Source: the human T2T-CHM13v2.0 reference genome, Homo sapiens
DNA: 64,000 nucleotides
NCBI RefSeq assembly: GCF_009914755.1
Contig: NC_060925.1
Strand: one strand, 5' to 3'
Shown one piece after another: positions 56,601 through 64,000 of this stretch; the stretch's first letter is position 1; each line of letters begins with the position of its first letter. A model generated the notes under the pieces. It searched no databases. It was not told where the DNA came from and saw nothing but the letters and a program-made list of their open reading frames with translations. The position numbers were made by a program, and so were the translations under genes.

Positions 56601-59500
56601 TCAAAGGAATCATCATCAAATGGAACCGAATGGAATCCTCATTGAATGGAAATGAAAGGGGTCATCATCTAATGGAATCGCATGGAATCATCATCAAATG
56701 GAATCGAATGGAATCATCATCAAATGGAATCTAATGGAATCATTGAACAGAATTGAATGGAATCGTCATCGAATGAATTGAATGCAATCATCGAATGGTC
56801 TCGAATGGAATCATCTTCTAATGGAAAGGAATGGAATCATCGCATAGAATCGAATGGAATTATCATCGAATGGAATCGAATGGTATCAACACCAAACGGA
56901 AAAAAACGGAATTATCGAATGGAATCGAAGAGAATCTTCGAACGGACCCGAATGGAATCATCTAATGGAATGGAATGGAATAATCCATGGACTCGAATGC
57001 AATCATCATCGAATGGAATCGAATGGAATCATCGAATGGACTCGAATGGAATAATCATTGAACGGAATCGATTGGAATCATCATCGGATGGAAACGAATG
57101 GAATCATCATCGAATGGAAATGAAAGGAGTCATCATCTAATGGAATTGCATGGAATCATCATAAAATGGAATCGAATGGAATCAACATCAAATGGAATCA
57201 AATGGAATCATTGAACGGAATTGAATGGAATCGTCATCGAATGAATTGACTGCAATCATCCAATGGTCTCGAATGGAATCATCTTCAAATGGAATGGAAT
57301 GGAATCATCGCATAGAATCGAATGGAATTATCATCGAATGGAATCGAATGGAATCAACATCCAACGGAAAAAAACGGAATTATCGAATGGAATCGAAAAG
57401 AATCATCGAATGGACCCGAATGGAATCATGTAATGGAATGGAATGGAATAATCCATGGACTCGAATGCAATCATCATCGAATGGAATCGAATGGAATCAT
57501 CGAATGGACTCGTATGGAATAATCATTGAACGGAATCGAATGGAATCATCATCGGATGGAAATGAATGGAATCATCATCGAATGGAATCGAATAGAATTA
57601 TGGAATGAAATCCAGTGTGATCATCATCGAATGGACCCGAATGGAATCATCATCCAACGGAAACTCATGGAATCAACATCGAATGAATCAAATGGAAACA
57701 CCATCGAATTGAAACGAATGGAATTATCATGAAATTGAAATGGATGGACTCATCATCGAATGGATTAATGGAATCATCGAATAAAATTGATTGAAATCAT
57801 CATCGAATGGAATCGAATGGTATCATTGAATGGAATCGAATGGAATCATCATCAGATTGAAATGAATGGAATCGTCATAGAATGGAATCGAATGGATTCA
57901 TTGAATGGAATCAGATGGAATCATCGAATGGACTGGAATGGAATCATTGAATGGACTCGAAAGGGATCATGATTGAATGGAATTGAATGGAATCATCGAA
58001 TGGTCTCGATTGGAATCATTATCAAATGGAATCGAATGGAATCACCGAATAGAATCGAATGGAACAATCATCGAATGGACTCAAATGGAATTATCCTCAA
58101 ATGGAATCGAATGGAATTATCGAATGCAATCGAATGGAATTATCGAATGCAATCGAATAGAATCATCGAATGGACTCGAATGGAATCATCGAATGGAATG
58201 GAATGGAACAGTCAATGAACTCGAATGGAATCATCATTGAATGGAATCGAATGGAATCATCGAGTGGAATCGAATGGAATTATGATCAAATGGAATCGAA
58301 TGTAATCATCATCAAATGGAATCAAAAATAACCATCATCAATTGGTATTGAATGGAATTGTCATCAAATGGAATTCAAAGGAATCATCATCAAATGGAAC
58401 CGAATGGAATCCTCATTGAATGGAAATGAAAGGGGTCATCATCTAATGGAATCGCATGGAATCATCATCAAATGGAATCGAATGGAATCATCATCAAATG
58501 GAATCTAATGGAATCATTGAACAGAATTGAATGGAATCGTCATCGAATGAATTGAATGCAATCATCGAATGGTCTCGAATGGAATCATCTTCTAATGGAA
58601 AGGAATGGAATCATCGCATAGAATCGAATGGAATTATCATCGAATGGAATCGAATGGTATCAACACCAAACGGAAAAAAACGGAATTATCAAATGGAATC
58701 GAAGAGAATCTTCGAACGGACCCGAATGGAATCATCTAATGGAATGGAATGGAATAATCCATGGACTCGAATGCAATCATCATCGAATGGAATCGAATGG
58801 AATCATCGAATGGACTCGAATGGAATAATCATTGAACGGAATCGAATGGAATCATCATCGGATGGAAACGAATGGAATCATCATCGAATGGAAATGAAAG
58901 GAGTCATCATCTAATGGAATTGCATGGAATCATCATAAAATGGAATCGAATGGAATCAACATCAAATGGAATCAAATGGAATCATTGAACGGAATTGAAT
59001 GGAATCGTCATCGAATGAATTGACTGCAATCATCCAATGGTCTCGAATGTAATCGTCTTCAAATGGAATGGAATGGAATCATCGCATAGAATCGAATGGA
59101 ATTATCATCGAATGGAATCGAGTGGAATCAACATCAAACGGAAAAAAACGGAATTATCGAATGGAATCGAAGAGAATCATCGAATGGACCCGAATGGAAT
59201 CATCTAATGGAATGGAATGGAATAATCCATGGACTCGAATGCAATCATCATCGAATGGAATCGAATGGAATCATCGAATGGACTCGAATGGAATAATCAT
59301 TGAACGGAATCGAATGGAATCATCATCGGATGGAAATGAATGGAATCATCATCGAATGGAATCGAATAGAATTATGGAATGAAATCCAGTGTGATCATCA
59401 TCGAATGGACCCGAATGGAATCATCATCCAACGGAAGCTAATGGAATCAACATCGAATGAATCAAATGGAAACACCATCGAATTGAAACGAATGGAATTA
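50651..59500 (+). repeat. ~5.3-kb three-unit tandem duplication (d-e-c' then d-e)
   Basis: Private variants are shared at 5302/5326 offsets: TCGAAAAGAATC (~52092/57394), GGACTCGTATGG (~52205/57507), GGATTAATGG 2-bp deletion (~52461/57763), CAGATTGAAA (52551/57853), TGTAATCGTCTTC (~53722/59048), ATCGAGTGGAATCAAC (~53791/59117). Confidence 0.88.
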
Positions 59501-61278
59501 TCATGAAATTGAAATGGATGGACTCATCATCGAATGGATTCGAATGGAATCATCGAATAAAATTGATTGAAATCATCATCGAATGGAATCGAATGGTATC
59601 ATTGAATGGAATCGAATGGAATCATCATCAGATGGAAATGAATGGAATCGTCATAGAATGGAATCGAATGGATTCATTGAATGGAATCAGATGGAATCAT
59701 CGAATGGACTGGAATGGAATCATTGAATGGACTCGAAAGGGATCATTATTGAATGGAATTGAATGGAATCATCGAATGGTCTCGATTGGAATCATTATCA
59801 AATGGAATCGAATGGAATCACCGAACAGAATCGAATGGAACAATCATCGAATGGACTCAAATGGAATTATCCTCCAATGGAATGGAATGGAATTATCGAA
59901 TGCAATCGAATGGAATTATCGAATGCAATCGAATAGAATCATCGAATGGACTCGAATGGAATCATCGAATGGAATGGAATGGAACAGTCAATGAACTCGA
60001 ATGGAATCATCATTGAATGGAATCGAATGGAATCATCGAGTGGAATCGAATGGAATTATGATCAAATGGAATCGAATGTAATCATCATCAAATGGAATCA
60101 AAAATAACCATCATCAATTGGTATTGAATGGAATTGTCATCAAATGGAATTCAAAGGAATCATCATCAAATGGAACCGAATGGAATCCTCATTGAATGGA
60201 AATGAAAGGGGTCATCATCTAATGGAATCGCATGGAATCATCATCAAATGGAATCGAATGGAATCACCATCAAATGGAATCTAATGGAATCATTGAACAG
60301 AATTGAATGGAATCGTCATCGAATGAATTGAATGCAATCATCGAATGGTCTCGAATGGATTCATCTTCTAATGGAAAGGAATGGAATCATCGCATAGAAT
60401 CGAATGGAATTATCATCGAATGGAATCGAATGGTATCAACACCAAACGGAAAAAAACGGAATTATCGAATGGAATCGAAGAGAATCTTCGAACGGACCCG
60501 AATGGAATCATCTAATGGAATGGAATGGAATAATCCATGGACTCGAATGCAATCATCATCGAATGGAATCGAATGGAATCATCGAATGGACTCGAATGGA
60601 ATAATCATTGAACGGAATCGATTGGAATCATCATCGGATGGAAACGAATGGAATCATCATCGAATGGAAATGAAAGGAGTCATCATCTAATGGAATTGCA
60701 TGGAATCATCATAAAATGGAATCGAATGGAATCAACATCAAATGGAATCAAATGGAATCATTGAACGGAATTGAATGGAATCGTCATCGAATGAATTGAC
60801 TGCAATCATCCAATGGTCTCGAATGGAATCATCTTCAAATGGAATGGAATGGAATCATCGCATAGAATCGAATGGAATTATCATCGAATGGAATCGAAGG
60901 GAATCAACATCCAACGGAAAAAAACGGAATTATCGAATGGAATCGAAGAGAATCATCGAATGGACCCGAATGGAATCATGTAATGGAATGGAATGGAATA
61001 ATCCATGGACTCGAATGCAATCATCATCGAATGGAATCGAATGGAATCATCGAATGGACTCGAATGGAATAATCATTGAACGGAATCGAATGGAATCATC
61101 ATCGGATGGAAATGAATGGAATCATCATCGAATGGAATCGAATAGAATTATGGAATGAAATCCAGTGTGATCATCATCGAATGGACCCGAATGGAATCAT
61201 CATCCAACGGAAGCTAATGGAATCAACATCGAATGAATCAAATGGAAACACCATCGAATTGAAACGAATGGAATTATC

Positions 61279-63669
61279 ATGAAATTGAAATGGATGGACT
61301 CATCATCGAATGGATTCGAATGGAATCATCGAATAAAATTGATTGAAATCATCATCGAATGGAATCGAATGGTATCATTGAATGGAATCGAATGGAATCA
61401 TCATCAGATGGAAATGAATGGAATCGTCATAGAATGGAATCGAATGGATTCATTGAATGGAATCAGATGGAATCATCGAATGGACTGGAATGGAATCATT
61501 GAATGGACTCGATAGGGATCATTATTGAATGGAATTGAATGGAATCATCGAATGGTCTCGATTGGAATCATTATCAAATGGAATCGAATGGAATCACCGA
61601 ATAGAATCGAATGGAACAATCATCGAATGGACTCAAATGGAATTATCCTCAAATGGAATCGAATGGAATTATCGAATGCAATCGAATGGAATTATCGAAT
61701 GCAATCGAATAGAATCATCGAATGGACTCGAATGGAATCATCGAATGGAATGGAATGGAACAGTCAATGAACTCGAATGGAATCATCATTGAATGGAATC
61801 GAATGGAATCATCGAGTGGAATCGAATGGAATTATGATCAAATGGAATCGAATGTAATCATCATCAAATGGAATCAAAAATAACCATCATCAATTGGTAT
61901 TGAATGGAATTGTCATCAAATGGAATTCAAAGGAATCATCATCAAATGGAACCGAATGGAATCCTCATTGAATGGAAATGAAAGGGGTCATCATCTTATG
62001 GAATCGCATGGAATCATCATAAAATGGAATCGAATGGAATCAACATCAAATGGAATCAAATGGAATCATTGAACGGAATTGAATGGAATCGTCATCGAAT
62101 GAATTGGATGCAATCATCGAATGGTCTCGAATGGAATCTTCTTCAAATGGAATGGAATGGAATCATCGCATAGAATCGAATGGAATTATCATCGAATGGA
62201 ATCGAATGGAATCAACATCAAACGGAAAAAAACGGAATTATCGAATGGAATCGAAGAGAATCATCGAATGGACCCGAATGGAATCATCTAATGGAATGGA
62301 ATGGAATAATCCATGGACTCGAATGCAATCATCATCGAATGGAATCGAATGGAATCATCGAATGGACTCGAATGGAATAATCATTGAACGGAATCGAATG
62401 GAATCATCATCGGATGGAAACGAATGGAATCATCATCGAATGGAAATGAAAGGAGTCATCATCTAATGGAATTGCATGGAATCGTCATAAAATGGAATCG
62501 AATGGAATCAACATCAAATGGAATCAAATGGAATCATTGAACGGAATTGAATGGAATCGTCATCGAATGAATTGACTGCAATCATCGAATGGTCTCGAAT
62601 GTAATCACATTCTAATGGAAAGGAATGGAATCATCGCATAGAATCGAATGGAATTAACATTGAATGGACTCGAATGGAATCAACATCAAACGGAATCAAG
62701 CGGAATTATCGAATGGAATCGAAGAGAATCATCGAATGGTCTCGAATGGAATCATCTTCTAATGGAAAGGAATGGAATCATCGCATAGAATCGAATGGAA
62801 TTAACATTGAATGGACTCGAATGGAATCAACATCAAATGGAATCAAGCGGAATTATCGAATGAAATCGAAGAGAATCATCGAATGGACTCGAATGGAATC
62901 ATCTAATGGAATGGAATGGAATAATCCACGGACTCGAATGCAATTATCATCGTATAGAATCGAATGGAATCATCGAATGGACTCGAATGGAATAATCATT
63001 GAACGGAAGCGAATGGAATCATCATCGGATGGAAACGAATGGAATCATCATCGAATGGAAATGAAAGGAGTCATCATCTAATGGAATTGCATGGAATCAT
63101 CATAAAATGGAATCGAATGGAATCAACATCAAATGGAATCAAATGGAATCATTGAACGGAATTGAATGGAATCGTCATCGAATGAATTGACTGCAATCAT
63201 CGAATGGTCTCGAATGGAATCATCTTCAAATGGAATGGAATGGAATCATCGCATAGAATCGAATGGAATTATCATCGAATGGAATCGAATGGAATCAACA
63301 TCAAACGGAAAAAAACGGAATTATCGAATGGAATCGAAGAGAATCATCGAATGGACCCGAATGGAATCATCTAATGGAATGGAATGGAATAATCCATGGA
63401 CTCGAATGCAATCATCATCGAATGGAATCGAATGGAATCATCGAATGGACTCGAATGGAATAATCATTGAACGGAATCGAATGGAATCATCATCGGATGG
63501 AAATGAATGGAATCATCATCGAATGGAATCGAATAGAATTATGGAATGAAATCCAGTGTGATCATCATCGAATGGACCCGAATGGAATCATCATCCAACG
63601 GAAGCTAATGGAATCAACATCGAATGAATCGAATGGAAACACCATCGAATTGAAACGAATGGAATTATC
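61279..63669 (+). repeat. 2391-bp variant unit = 1776 + 468 + 147
   Basis: Subunit starts are at 62083, 62551 and 63166. The middle subunit holds the 147-bp duplication (62587/62734). Confidence 0.88.
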
Positions 63670-64000
63670 ATGAAATTGAAATGGATGGACTCATCATCGG
63701 ATGGATTCGAATGGAATCATCGAATAAAATTGATTGAAATCATCATCCAATGGAATCGAATGGTATCATTGAATGGAATCGAATGGAATCATCATCAGAT
63801 GGAAATGAATGGAATCGTCATAGAATGGAATCGAATGGATTCATTGAATGGAATCAGATGGAATCATCGAATGGACTGGAATGGAATCATTGAATGGACT
63901 CGAAAGGGATCATGATTGAATGGAATTGAATGGAATCATCGAATGGTCTCGATTGGAATCATTATCAAATGGAATCGAATGGAATCACCGAATAGAATCG

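Larger units (their letters stand above)
1..64000 (+). repeat. Human satellite 2 (HSat2/HSATII) pericentromeric tandem array, ~1776-bp unit, about 35 units; probably the chr1q12 1.77-kb family
   Basis: Seen: every line is diverged GAATGGAATC / GAATGGAATCATC / GAATGGAATCATCATC blocks (reverse strand CATTCGATTC), giving 23/26-bp sub-periods. The landmark ATGAAATTGAAATGG occurs at 1188, 3111, 5332, 7255, 9473, 11249, 12950, 14679, 16451, 18227, 19999, 21775, 23551, 25327, 27099, 28875, 30651, 32427, 34671, 36447, 38223, 39999, 41775, 43547, 45323, 47099, 48875, 50651, 52427, 54177, 55953, 57729, 59503, 61279 and 63670. EcoRI GAATTC occurs at 56 and 1832 (1776 apart). Knowledge: CATTCGATTC-rich satellite with ATC inserts is HSat2 rather than HSat3, and a 1.77-kb EcoRI period is the classic chromosome 1 satellite. 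Confidence 0.97.

Noticed and set aside
313-63915. Hundreds of 60-209 aa ORFs, all on the + strand
   Set aside because: They are translations of GAATGGAATC blocks (M/E/W/N/G/I/S/R-rich). They overlap in several frames, recur with the repeat period, and are freely broken by stops and 1-4 bp frameshifts. ATG is part of the repeat itself. No domain or splice context is recognisable.
1-64000. CRISPR-like repeat/spacer array
   Set aside because: There are no unique spacers; everything between repeats is the same satellite, and no cas genes are present.
1-64000. Inversion, transposon insertion or unique island within the array
   Set aside because: Reading through the window I saw no CATTC-strand segment, no Alu/L1 sequence, no poly(A) tail and no non-satellite stretch. 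All unit length differences are accounted for by satellite indels.
1-64000. HSat3 (e.g. DYZ1, chr9) or alpha satellite
   Set aside because: Pure GGAAT runs are only about three to four copies long and ATC-containing 23/26-bp blocks dominate, which indicates HSat2. There is no 171-bp period.
1-64000. HSATII non-coding RNA gene
   Set aside because: HSATII transcription is known in general, but no transcript boundaries or promoter can be defined from this sequence.

Overview
The whole 64 kb window is one uninterrupted, single-orientation tandem array of human satellite 2 (HSat2/HSATII), read on its GGAAT-rich strand. It is built from GAATGGAATC(ATC)0-2 blocks with dense TCGA/CpG and has a ~1776-bp repeat unit carrying one EcoRI site. 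That period matches the 1.77-kb chromosome 1q12 pericentromeric satellite (pUC1.77/D1Z1; HSat2A-type); the chromosome assignment is an inference. I see no genes, RNA genes, transposons, CRISPR arrays or unique sequence. All listed ORFs are translation artefacts of the repeat. Using a once-per-unit landmark (ATGAAATTGAAATGGATGG, 35 copies), 20 of 34 unit spacings are exactly 1776 bp and four are 1772 bp. The other ten are explained by discrete indels of 1, 2, 23, 26, 75, 147, 442 and 468 bp. The real structure is array architecture: (i) a left block with a ~4.14-kb dimeric higher-order repeat, (ii) a diverged zone at ~10.4-14.7 kb, (iii) a very homogeneous core with a 7100-bp four-unit higher-order repeat broken by an out-of-register junction near 34 kb, (iv) a ~5.3-kb trimer duplication, and (v) a right edge where left-block variants reappear. 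I did not find evidence for a new gene-encoded system.
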